Assembly: GCA_031362565.1 (NCBI GenBank)
Contig: JANLSU010000032.1
Coordinates: 1 to 30,067, forward strand
DNA length: 30,067 bases
Direction of reading: 5' to 3'
DNA from: a bacterium
Lineage (GTDB): Bacteria; Krumholzibacteriota; Krumholzibacteriia; G020349025
Below, piece by piece: positions 9,701-16,552 of this stretch. The position numbers and the translations under genes were made by a program. Numbering within the stretch: the first letter of the stretch is position 1; every line of letters begins with the position of its first letter. Below the pieces are notes generated by a model. The model was not told the origin of the DNA. It saw only the letters and a program-made list of their open reading frames with translations, and did not search any database.

Positions 9701-11027
9701 CGCCTCCTGCCTGGCATTCGCACCGCCGCCGCCGCCACCTCCTCCGCCGGCGCCAACCGAACCGCAGACTCTGACTGCGACCTTGGTCACCGTACCGGGG
9801 AGCGCGGTCCCGGGTGCGGGAGCGTGGCCTTTCGATGAAGGCAGCGGCCAGTCGTTCGCGGATGCCACCGGCGCGGGCCACACCGGCCAGCTTGGCACGG
9901 CTGCCGGCGTCGACACCGCCGATCCGCTCTGGGGCGCGGGCGTAAACGGCACAAGCGCGTTGGTCTTCGACGGTTCGAATGACCGCAGCGCAATCCCCGA
10001 TGCGGCCGACCTGCATTTTGCGGGCAGCTTCAGCATCGAGGCTTGGGTGAAGCGTGATGTCATCGGGGCGAAGCATTGCATCGCCAGCAAGGGCGACAGC
10101 CAGCACCGGAACTTCTGGGTGGTCATCGATGGGTCGAATCGCATCGATTTCCGCTGGGAAACCGCCGGTGGCGGCAACCACGGGGTGACCTCCAACACAA
10201 TCATCGCCGATCTCAACTGGCACCATGTCGCATGTGTGTACGACGCAGTGGTGCATCAGAATCGCATCTATTGCGACGGGCTGCTGGTCAAATCGGCGAC
10301 CGACAACGGCACCCCCATGACCAGCACCGATCCGGTGTATATCGGAGCGCGGTTGTCGAGCGGCAAGCTGACCGATTACTTCCGCGGCAGCATCGACCAG
10401 TTGCGGATCGCGCCGGGAACTCTGTACTTGAGCAACTTCATTCCGGCGACCTCGTTCGGCGGCGGACCGCCGGTGTCGGCCGTGCAGCTCGCGTGGCAGC
10501 CGCCACTGTCGGGTTCCATTGCCGGCTACAACGTCTATCGCCAAGTCGATGGTGGCATGTTCGCGAAGTTGAACGGAGCCCTGATCGGCGCCCCGAGCTA
10601 CGTCGACGGCACGCTGCCGGCCGGCACCCTGTGCTATCAGGTGACGGCGGTGGACGCCATCCCGCAAGAGGGACCGGCTTCGACCGAAGCCTGCGTCAAT
10701 CAGAACGCTGCCAAGGCTGCCACCAAGGTGACGTCGACGACGGCACCGCATAACGACGCCCAGCTGTCGGCGGGTCCGAATCCGTTCAATCCGACAACCA
10801 CCGTTTCGTTCTCGCTGCCGCACGCGGGCGTGATCCACCTCGCCATCTTTGACATCCGCGGCGAACGGATTGTGACGCTGGCCGAAGGTCTGCATGCCGC
10901 CGGTGCGCACACCGTAACTTGGAACGGCCATGACCAACACGGCAGAGCCGTGGCTTCCGGCGCGTACTTCCTGAAGCTCGACGGTGACAAGATCTCGCAG
11001 CACCGCCGTATCGTGCTGCTGAAGTAG
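6702..11027 (+). CDS. Large secreted protein: N-terminal beta-rich (propeller-like) domain, six FN3-like repeats with polyproline linkers, LamG-like domain, split seventh FN3, FlgD/T9SS-like C-terminal domain
   Basis: ATG 6702 after AAGGA; signal-like segment; repeats of W...GYNIYRQ...F.D...CY.V; LamG features (WPFDEGSG, FSIEAWVK, WHHVACVYD, FRGSIDQLRI); PNPFNP...IFDIRG...WNG...SGAYFLKL tail. Confidence 0.9.
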   Translation: MSKWNGGRSDQGMRPGRRHKARIGRWIALAGLFATSITAIPCAWAGAGSARPIDRDALTPAERQKLNGIAAAAPNDLLDAGFDMFATASGSTGEKPQSKIWYHDGSYWGAFRGSDGVAIYEKQGSTWVHGTFANALLSTGGHADVKWTGTNLYVLVYNTTCNVFEFTYNSAARTWTRTSGFPVKVPNPAGSETMVLESDSTGRLWLVAEGGGNINAYYTTSADRKTWATTPVMLQTGVGADDICSIVAFGGNKVGVFWSDQNRDDFGFRIHTDGDSPATWATKELVDQGSGHADDHLNLAYDSSGRVFAITKDASDRMTVHRRNTNGSWSHVTDVVGGNATRGIIMVSESDSKLYILYTRWGVSPERIEYRVADINIMAFGGTVQFITSSANLNNVTGMKQILPPGSLCAAAENGSHLLYNSFGSPPPGSNPPPPPPTPPVAPANVLASLLNGTQIHITWTAAAGTIDGYNIYRQLDGGSLTKINAALVATLNFTDTAPPTGNLCYLVRSQRNGLESISSTASCLAYAPPPPPPPASPTNVLASLFNSTQIQVTWTAATGTIDGYNVYRQLDGGSFAKINAALITLLAFTDTAPATGNLCYQIRSQRNGLESASSGASCLSYAPPPPPPVPPTDVVASLFNSTEIEVTWTAATGTIDGYDIYRQLDGGSFTKINGALVTLLTFTDSAPPTGNLCYQVRSQRNSLESTPSAASCLAFAPPPPPPPPPPAAPTDVLASLLNGTQIQIGWTAAAGTIDGYNIYRQLDGGGFAKINAALIAALDFTDPAPPTGNVCYDVRSQQGTMESGPSTAFCLDFAPPPPPPPPAAPTDILASLLNGTQIHVTWTAAAGTIDGYNIYRQLDGGSFAKINGALIAALDFTDPAPPTGNVCYDVRSLQGPSESGPSTASCLDFAPPPPPPPPAAPTDILASLLNGTQIQVMWTAAAGTIDGYNIYRQLDGGSFDKINGSLIAALDFTDPAPPTGNVCYDVRAQQGVLESGPSTASCLAFAPPPPPPPPPAPTEPQTLTATLVTVPGSAVPGAGAWPFDEGSGQSFADATGAGHTGQLGTAAGVDTADPLWGAGVNGTSALVFDGSNDRSAIPDAADLHFAGSFSIEAWVKRDVIGAKHCIASKGDSQHRNFWVVIDGSNRIDFRWETAGGGNHGVTSNTIIADLNWHHVACVYDAVVHQNRIYCDGLLVKSATDNGTPMTSTDPVYIGARLSSGKLTDYFRGSIDQLRIAPGTLYLSNFIPATSFGGGPPVSAVQLAWQPPLSGSIAGYNVYRQVDGGMFAKLNGALIGAPSYVDGTLPAGTLCYQVTAVDAIPQEGPASTEACVNQNAAKAATKVTSTTAPHNDAQLSAGPNPFNPTTTVSFSLPHAGVIHLAIFDIRGERIVTLAEGLHAAGAHTVTWNGHDQHGRAVASGAYFLKLDGDKISQHRRIVLLK
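8025..9750 (+). repeat. Six tandem ~285-bp intragenic repeats (FN3-like unit plus poly-Pro linker)
   Basis: Units start near 8025, 8310, 8592, 8886, 9174 and 9462; units 4-6 are very similar at DNA level. Confidence 0.9.
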
Positions 11028-11070
11028 CGGAGCGCGAACCCGCTTCACTCAAAAATGGGAGCCAGCGATC

Positions 11071-11116
11071 ACCGGCGGCGGGACCCTCGAGCCCCGCCGC
11101 CGGTTTGTGTTTGGTT
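11071..11116 (+). terminator. Rho-independent terminator
   Basis: 12-bp stem ACCGGCGGCGGG (11071-11082)/CCCGCCGCCGGT (11093-11104) followed by a T-rich tract, 44 nt after the stop of the large gene. Confidence 0.7.
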
Positions 11117-11414
11117 CGCGATCCCGTCCGCTACGCCTCGCAGTTCCAAGCCGTTCTCGACCACGATCTCCGGAAGCATCTGGCGTTCAAGGAACAAGTT
11201 TCGAGAATCATTGGCGCGGGTGAAAACCCCCAACCAACATCCGAACAACAACGGATTGCGCAACATGAATTCGCATTCATAAAGCACTCCGCGCTAGCCA
11301 GCCGCACCGGGTTTCCGGTAATGTCTTTTTTGTCGAGTTACTCGTGTTTCCTGAACGCCCCCGGTCGAAGTCCCGCTCGTCGTCCAACGACGAGCCCGGG
11401 ATCGGAGGGGCGCC

Positions 11415-12656
11415 ATGTTTTCACGTCTTTGCCTTGCCGCCTGGTTGTTTTCGGGCCTGCTACTGCTGGTTTCGATGGCCCAGGCTCAAGAACGACAGTT
11501 GGCTGCGACGCTGGATTTCGAGGTCGGCAGCGCCGAGCTCGATGCACGGCACATCGTTATCCTGAATGGAATCAAGGCTCAGTATCCGCCCGACGATTAC
11601 ATCTATTCGTTCGAGGGCGACCACGATCCGAGCCCGTTCGACATCATCACGCCCGGAGCATCGAAGCGCGTCAACGAACGGTTGGCAGAGAGCCGCTGGC
11701 AAGCGGCGGCGTTGAATCTCGATGTGCCGGCGATCGGGTTGGTGCGCTATACGGGAAAGACCCAGGCGCGGGTCTACGTGCAACGCCGGACGGCCCGGGG
11801 TTCGGACGGCACGTTGGGGATGGGCCAGGGTGCAGTTGCGGACTCCCTGGCGGCCCTGCGCCGTGGACTGGATGACCTGTACCGTTGGAACACCGAGCTG
11901 GAAGCGATACGGAAACGCGGCGCGCCGGCCGATACGATCCTCGCGGTGGCCCGCTTCGAGGAACTCCACGAACGCTCCGACAAGTGGGTGGACCGGAGCT
12001 GGTGGGAAGGTCAAGGCGGCTTCGAGCTCGGCATCCTGCGCGTGTCACCGGAACGGCCCGACAGGCACACCGGCGTGACGCTGGCCATCAGTAATGGTAC
12101 GCCGGCGTATCACGCTCTCGACATCAGCACCCGGCTGGATCTCTTCCGTCTCGGTACGTCACGCATCGGGATCACTCCCGCATTGCGCTGGTACGACTGG
12201 GACGTGCGGGTGCACTACGGGACCGACTCGCGTACCGCCACCAGCTTCATCAACAACGCCGACCCCGTTTACCTCATAGGCGCCGAGCTGGACGCCGTCC
12301 CGTGGAATCGAGGCCTGCTGCGCGTCGGGTATGCAGGCTTCGGAGCGCGCATCCATGCGGCGCATCGCAACGTCATCAGCTACGATCAATACAATGCGCG
12401 CTTGGATCAGAACCTGTGGCCGCACTGGCGTCTCGAGCTGCAGGGCGTGTACGACGAGCGCTTCGACAAATCGCTGTGTTACTACGGGGTCTGGGTTGCG
12501 CACGGCTGGCGCATGTTGCTGGGTGAGTTCTCGATGCGCTTGGGCTTCGTGGAGCAGCTCGACGCGTTTGCCGCCGCCCGCCTCGGCCGCGAGGACCCGA
12601 TCAGCACGGTCTCGGTCGGCTTCTCCTGGGAGCGGCAGCGGCGGTTCATGTACTGA
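11415..12656 (+). CDS. Exported protein with degenerate N-terminal OmpA-C-like domain and probable C-terminal beta-barrel
   Basis: GGAGG RBS; signal peptide ending AQA; FEVGSAEL...FEGDHD...NERLAESR; alternating aromatic beta-strands ending VSVGFSW. Confidence 0.75.
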   Translation: MFSRLCLAAWLFSGLLLLVSMAQAQERQLAATLDFEVGSAELDARHIVILNGIKAQYPPDDYIYSFEGDHDPSPFDIITPGASKRVNERLAESRWQAAALNLDVPAIGLVRYTGKTQARVYVQRRTARGSDGTLGMGQGAVADSLAALRRGLDDLYRWNTELEAIRKRGAPADTILAVARFEELHERSDKWVDRSWWEGQGGFELGILRVSPERPDRHTGVTLAISNGTPAYHALDISTRLDLFRLGTSRIGITPALRWYDWDVRVHYGTDSRTATSFINNADPVYLIGAELDAVPWNRGLLRVGYAGFGARIHAAHRNVISYDQYNARLDQNLWPHWRLELQGVYDERFDKSLCYYGVWVAHGWRMLLGEFSMRLGFVEQLDAFAAARLGREDPISTVSVGFSWERQRRFMY

Positions 12657-12666
12657 GTCGCGGCGG

Positions 12667-13572
12667 CTAGCGCGGGTCCCGGAACTTGGACTTGAGGCTG
12701 GACCACGTTGCGCCCTGAATCGCAACGAGCGGCCGAAGCCAAGCGATGATTTCGTCGAGGTATGGCTCGCTGTGCCCGGAGACGAGATTGATGAGTCCGT
12801 GGTTCGCGTCAGGATAAAGGCGCATGGTGAAGCGCTTGCCCTCGTCGGTGACGAGGTGTTCCAGAATTGCCACGGATTCGCGGGTCGGAATGCTGCGATC
12901 CCGCCCGCCGAGCAGCCAGATGGATCGTTGCGGCATCCGGCGGAGGAACGGCACGGGGTCGAACCCGTGTTCTCCGGTGAACGCCGCGAGAAGTTGCGAT
13001 AACGTATCGAAGTCCAGCCGGGATCCTTCGGCGTAGCTGCTGTAGTAGATCTCCTCGCCCACCGAGACGGTGGGCCCGACGACGTTGACCGCGTACGCGA
13101 CATTGTTCGAGAGCGTGCATGCGACCGGGATGATCCAACCCGCCTGGCTGGCGCCGATCAGGACGATGCGCGTCGAGTCGATGGTGCTGTAGGTCTTGAG
13201 AGTTTGCACGGCCGCATTTGCATCGGCGGCGAGCTGTACCAGCAAGTCGCCGCTATTCCGCACCGAGACACCCGAGTACTGGCCGCCGGACGCCCCCACG
13301 CCACGCTTGTCGTACCGGAAAACCGCGTAACCTTGCGGCAGAAACCGGGCCACATACTCTTGATATGCGGCGCGCGTGACCGGGCCCGAACCGTGCACAA
13401 ACACCAGGAGGGGAGAGCGCCCGGCGGTCGTCGGCAGCTCGAGCGTGCCCTGTAAAACGACCCCGTCCGAGCTCGTGAAGGAGACGATTTCCGCGGCCGG
13501 CGCGATCGATGGCGCCGCCATGGCGAGGATTGCCGCTGTGGTCACAACCCGGAACCGTCTCGAGCCGAGCAT
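12667..13572 (-). CDS. Secreted alpha/beta hydrolase (S9/Xaa-Pro dipeptidyl peptidase-like)
   Basis: Signal peptide, VHGSG, YDKRGVGAS, nucleophile GASQAG, GGRD, ANHGL. Confidence 0.9.
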   Translation of the reverse strand: MLGSRRFRVVTTAAILAMAAPSIAPAAEIVSFTSSDGVVLQGTLELPTTAGRSPLLVFVHGSGPVTRAAYQEYVARFLPQGYAVFRYDKRGVGASGGQYSGVSVRNSGDLLVQLAADANAAVQTLKTYSTIDSTRIVLIGASQAGWIIPVACTLSNNVAYAVNVVGPTVSVGEEIYYSSYAEGSRLDFDTLSQLLAAFTGEHGFDPVPFLRRMPQRSIWLLGGRDRSIPTRESVAILEHLVTDEGKRFTMRLYPDANHGLINLVSGHSEPYLDEIIAWLRPLVAIQGATWSSLKSKFRDPR

Positions 13573-13718
13573 GTGCGACCTCTCAAGTTGAACCTGCGTC
13601 GTCCGACTCCTCTAGGCGGCGGCGGGTCAGAACTGGACAGAGGGACATTTACAGGCGCACGTGAGCGCCGCCGACGCAGGGCGAAAGCCGCTCGTTACGA
13701 GGCGCCGACACCCGGAGA

Positions 13719-13937
13719 CTAGGCCGTCCTCTGTCGCGACGCGGCGGGTAGTCTGCTCAGGGTGAGTTCGTTGAGGTCGACCTTCTTGCTCGCGTGATCG
13801 ATGTCGATGCCGGCGATGTTACCCTGCGCGTCGTAGTCGACTACGACGCCCGGAGAGATCTCCCGACTCTCGACACTGGGTTGGGCCGACAGGTCGATGT
13901 AGAGAGAGTCCGTGCCCGGGTAGTAGTTGATTTTCAC
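13719..13937 (-). CDS. DUF2283-family protein (putative antitoxin)
   Basis: Y...TDSLYIDL...VVDYDAQGNIAGIDI pattern; GTGA overlap with upstream gene. Confidence 0.85.
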   Translation of the reverse strand: MKINYYPGTDSLYIDLSAQPSVESREISPGVVVDYDAQGNIAGIDIDHASKKVDLNELTLSRLPAASRQRTA

Positions 13938-14176
13938 GGCTTGAACCCTCTGTCGATGAAGGCGTTATGGATCGTCCGGCCGTCGGAGAGCGTCACCACA
14001 CGCAGCGCCCGGCCTCCCAAGTCTTCGAGTATAGCCCAGAATCGTATCCGCTGGTCAGCCTGAGGTTCGGATCTGGCCGGCCACCGTACCACGCGGATAC
14101 AGCGATCGCGGGTCACGTAGGGTCGCTTGCGCAAGACCTCGTTCTCAAAGTAGTCAGTGAATCGACACCGCACCAT
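13934..14176 (-). CDS. Small hypothetical protein, putative RelE/BrnT-like toxin coupled to DUF2283
   Basis: TDYFENEVLRKRPY...RIRFW...LRVVTLSDGRTIHNAFIDR; 4-nt overlap with the DUF2283 gene; start codon uncertain. Confidence 0.75.
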   Translation of the reverse strand: MVRCRFTDYFENEVLRKRPYVTRDRCIRVVRWPARSEPQADQRIRFWAILEDLGGRALRVVTLSDGRTIHNAFIDRGFKP

Positions 14177-14440
14177 GCGTTCTTGCCAGTGCAAGGCCTG
14201 TGACAAGGTCGACTTGGACTTCTGGAAGACCGGCTATCACCTTGAGGCGCTGAGACGTTGCCGACCACACGGCCCGATCGCACGCTTCTCGAGCAGCGCG
14301 CAAGGGCGGCGGATTGCTCACATCGCCTACAGCCCTTCGTCAACTCGAGAGCCAAGGACGGGTCCCGTTGCGGACTTCGGGGTCGGTCCGACGCGAGAGC
14401 CTTGTGCGAGGAGGGAGAGAACCCGCGCCTTCGGGCCCCG

Positions 14441-14469
14441 TTGAGCCGGTGCGTGCGGCGCGGTACACT
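14441..14469 (+). promoter_or_regulatory. Putative sigma70 promoter for the VOC gene
   Basis: TTGAGC-N17-TACACT. Confidence 0.4.
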
Positions 14470-14510
14470 TCTCTGACTCGCCACTACATGTTTCGCGAAA
14501 GGATGCGACT

Positions 14511-14993
14511 ATGCCACGTCCAGCACCGAAGCCCGTTCCCGAGGGAATGCACACGATCACGCCGCACGTATGGTTCGCCGGCAAATGCGGCGAGGCCATC
14601 GAGTTCTACCAGAAGGCATTCGGCGCCGAACTCGCGGCCCCGACCGCGCTCGGCCCCGATGGCAAGAGCGTCATGCACGCCATGTTGAAACTCGGTACCT
14701 CGCATCTCATGATGGCGGATGCGTGGCCGGGCCAGTGGGAGCAAGCACCGCAGGGATCCTCGACCGCGGGGCTCTTCGTGTACGTCGAGAACTGCGATGC
14801 GCTCTTCGACCGGGCAACCAAAGCGGGGTGCGAAGTTCTCTTTCCGATGGCCGACATGTTCTGGGGCGACCGGATGGGTAAGTTGAAGGACCCGTTCGGC
14901 CACTGCTGGGCAATCGCGACCCATCGCTTGGTGATGACCCCCGAAGAAGTGCAACAGGGCCAGATGGAGTGGCTGAAATCGATTAAACGCTGA
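14511..14993 (+). CDS. VOC/glyoxalase superfamily protein (PhnB-like)
   Basis: ITPH, AIEFYQKAFGA, VMHA, DMFWGDRMGKLKDPFGHCW. Confidence 0.92.
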   Translation: MPRPAPKPVPEGMHTITPHVWFAGKCGEAIEFYQKAFGAELAAPTALGPDGKSVMHAMLKLGTSHLMMADAWPGQWEQAPQGSSTAGLFVYVENCDALFDRATKAGCEVLFPMADMFWGDRMGKLKDPFGHCWAIATHRLVMTPEEVQQGQMEWLKSIKR

Positions 14994-15242
14994 CGGAAGC
15001 AGGTTCGAAATGCTGCTCCAGGTCGCTCCCCGAAGCGACCGGAGTGGATCGAGTCGCTGGATCAAGACGGGCTCGCGGCAGTTCGCGAGTTGGCGCGTAC
15101 ACACCCGGACCCGGAGGTGCGTCGCCGGGCCATCGAGGACGCGGGCCAGCGCCTCGACGCGGATGAAACAATCGACATGTTGCTCGAAGCGACACGCCGG
15201 GCACGCGTCCGTGTATTGTTCGATCGCATTGGATGTCTTTGA
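14994..15242 (+). pseudogene. Possible HEAT-repeat gene remnant
   Basis: Open frame directly after the VOC stop reads ...AVRELARTHPDPEVRRRAIEDAGQRLDADETIDMLLEA..., which is HEAT-like; no good start or RBS. Confidence 0.35.
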
Positions 15243-15347
15243 CGTGGCGACTCTTCCGGAGACCGAGCGGCCGAAGTGGTACACTGCAAGTAGAAATAGA
15301 CGCGGCGCGACGCGCTGGAGGAGAACATGAACAAGAAGGAGCAATCC

Positions 15348-15761
15348 ATGGCAAAGAAAGCGGGCTTGTGGATTGACCACCGGAACGCCGTGATCGTGAC
15401 GCTTTCGTCCGACGGCGAACACATCAACGAGATCCAGTCGGATGCCAGTGGGCACGTGCGCTATTCGGGTGGCGCGGAAGCGGAACCGGAAGACCGGCGC
15501 GACCGTCACATCGAGAAGGAACTCAACGACTACTTCGATGCCGTCATCGGAACCATTCGCGATGCAGAAGCGATCTACGTCTTTGGCCCCGGCGAGGGCA
15601 AGACGCAATTCGCGACCCGCCTCGAGCACCACAAACTCACCGACCGCCTGGCCGGCGTCGACGCCGCCGACAAGATGACCGAAGGTCAAGTCGCAGCCAA
15701 GGTGCGCGAGCACTTCGCGAAGGACAAGTCGTCCCACAGTCACAAGCACGCCGGTGGCTGA
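15348..15761 (+). CDS. Small eRF1-domain-2 / host-attachment-like (baeRF superfamily) protein
   Basis: GLWIDHRNAVIV, IYVFGPGEGK, DKMTEGQVAAKVREHF; AAGGAG RBS; alternative start at 15327. Confidence 0.75.
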   Translation: MAKKAGLWIDHRNAVIVTLSSDGEHINEIQSDASGHVRYSGGAEAEPEDRRDRHIEKELNDYFDAVIGTIRDAEAIYVFGPGEGKTQFATRLEHHKLTDRLAGVDAADKMTEGQVAAKVREHFAKDKSSHSHKHAGG

Positions 15762-15912
15762 CTTGATCGGGTCTTGGACTGTCGAGGCGCTTTGCGGATG
15801 CCTGTCAACCGACGCGACAACCTCGACACTCGCTAGCCGGACCTTCCCGTGAACTGTGCCGACAAGAGCCCACTTTCCTGGGTTGGCTGGTCGCTTGCCC
15901 GCGTGCTAACCT

Positions 15913-16176
15913 ATGGAAGTCGTTCGCGGGCGCTACGTCGAATTCGGAGATCACGCACGGCGCCGGATGCGCTCTCGGCGCATTTTGCTCGAGGCTGTGA
16001 TGCAGACGCTGCAAGCACCAGAAATCGAACATCTCGCCCTGTTCCAGTCAGAATTTGGCGAGCACCGCCGGATCGCCGAGCGCGGATTCGAAGACGGCCG
16101 CATCCGCGTCGTCTTCGAGATGTCGACGAGGGACATCTTTGTTGTGACGTGTATGTGGGTCGTCTTGGACAATTGA
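15913..16176 (+). CDS. DUF4258-like protein (putative toxin)
   Basis: F.DHARRRMRSRRI....V...L..P...IRVVFE...VVT pattern; directly upstream of a DUF2283 gene. Confidence 0.75.
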   Translation: MEVVRGRYVEFGDHARRRMRSRRILLEAVMQTLQAPEIEHLALFQSEFGEHRRIAERGFEDGRIRVVFEMSTRDIFVVTCMWVVLDN

Positions 16177-16184
16177 GGGTGGCG

Positions 16185-16469
16185 ATGTCTGACCCTACGA
16201 TCGAAATCTCGTTGGATGCCCGCTCCCGGGCGGCGTACTTGCGGCTGTCGGGGAGTGCGGTTGGACGCACTCATCAAGTGCAGCCGGAACTGATGTTGGA
16301 TACCGATCAGGCCGGCGATGCCGTTGGTATCGAGATCCTGAGCATGCAGGCTTTCGAGTTTTTTATCGCCAATCAGCAAGATCTGTCCCGCCGGTTTCAC
16401 CTGCGGCAACTGTCTCCGGAGGACCTGGAGACTGTGCGCGCCTTCTTCGAAGAGAAGAAAGCGTCGTAA
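16185..16469 (+). CDS. DUF2283-family protein (putative antitoxin)
   Basis: D....AAYLRL...T......LMLDTDQAGDAVGIEIL; ATG 16185 after GAGG; the ORF-track 5' extension to 15849 is spurious. Confidence 0.8.
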   Translation: MSDPTIEISLDARSRAAYLRLSGSAVGRTHQVQPELMLDTDQAGDAVGIEILSMQAFEFFIANQQDLSRRFHLRQLSPEDLETVRAFFEEKKAS

Positions 16470-16490
16470 GCGGCGCAGCTCCCGCGCGGA

Positions 16491-16519
16491 TTGACAATCG
16501 AGCGATGTGGATTTAGCCT
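16491..16519 (+). promoter_or_regulatory. Putative sigma70 promoter for the 16553-19410 operon
   Basis: Perfect -35 TTGACA, 17-bp spacer, -10 TAGCCT; GGGAGAG RBS-like sequence before ATG 16553. Confidence 0.65.
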
Positions 16520-16552
16520 GGCTCTCCTTGCTACGGAACACGGGAGAGTCGC

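Noticed and set aside
8025..9750. Possible CRISPR array or DGR template/variable repeats
   Set aside because: The units are in-frame coding domains without unique spacers, the differences are not confined to adenines, and no cas or reverse transcriptase gene is in the window
7791..11048. Long minus-strand ORFs (7791-8789, 9378-11048)
   Set aside because: Antisense shadows of the GC-rich repeat gene with no protein-like motifs
11069..11287. 72-aa minus-strand ORF and overlapping 11105-11875+ ORF
   Set aside because: No recognisable motif or RBS; they run into the terminator hairpin or overlap the real 11415 gene
13600..13718. GGCGAAAGCC-containing intergenic stretch as a c-di-GMP riboswitch
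   Set aside because: Only a short GAAA hairpin; the GGCAAAC...GACGCAAAGC core is absent
14484..15749. 421-aa minus-strand ORF
   Set aside because: Antisense to the VOC, remnant and baeRF-like frames, which share a register; no motifs
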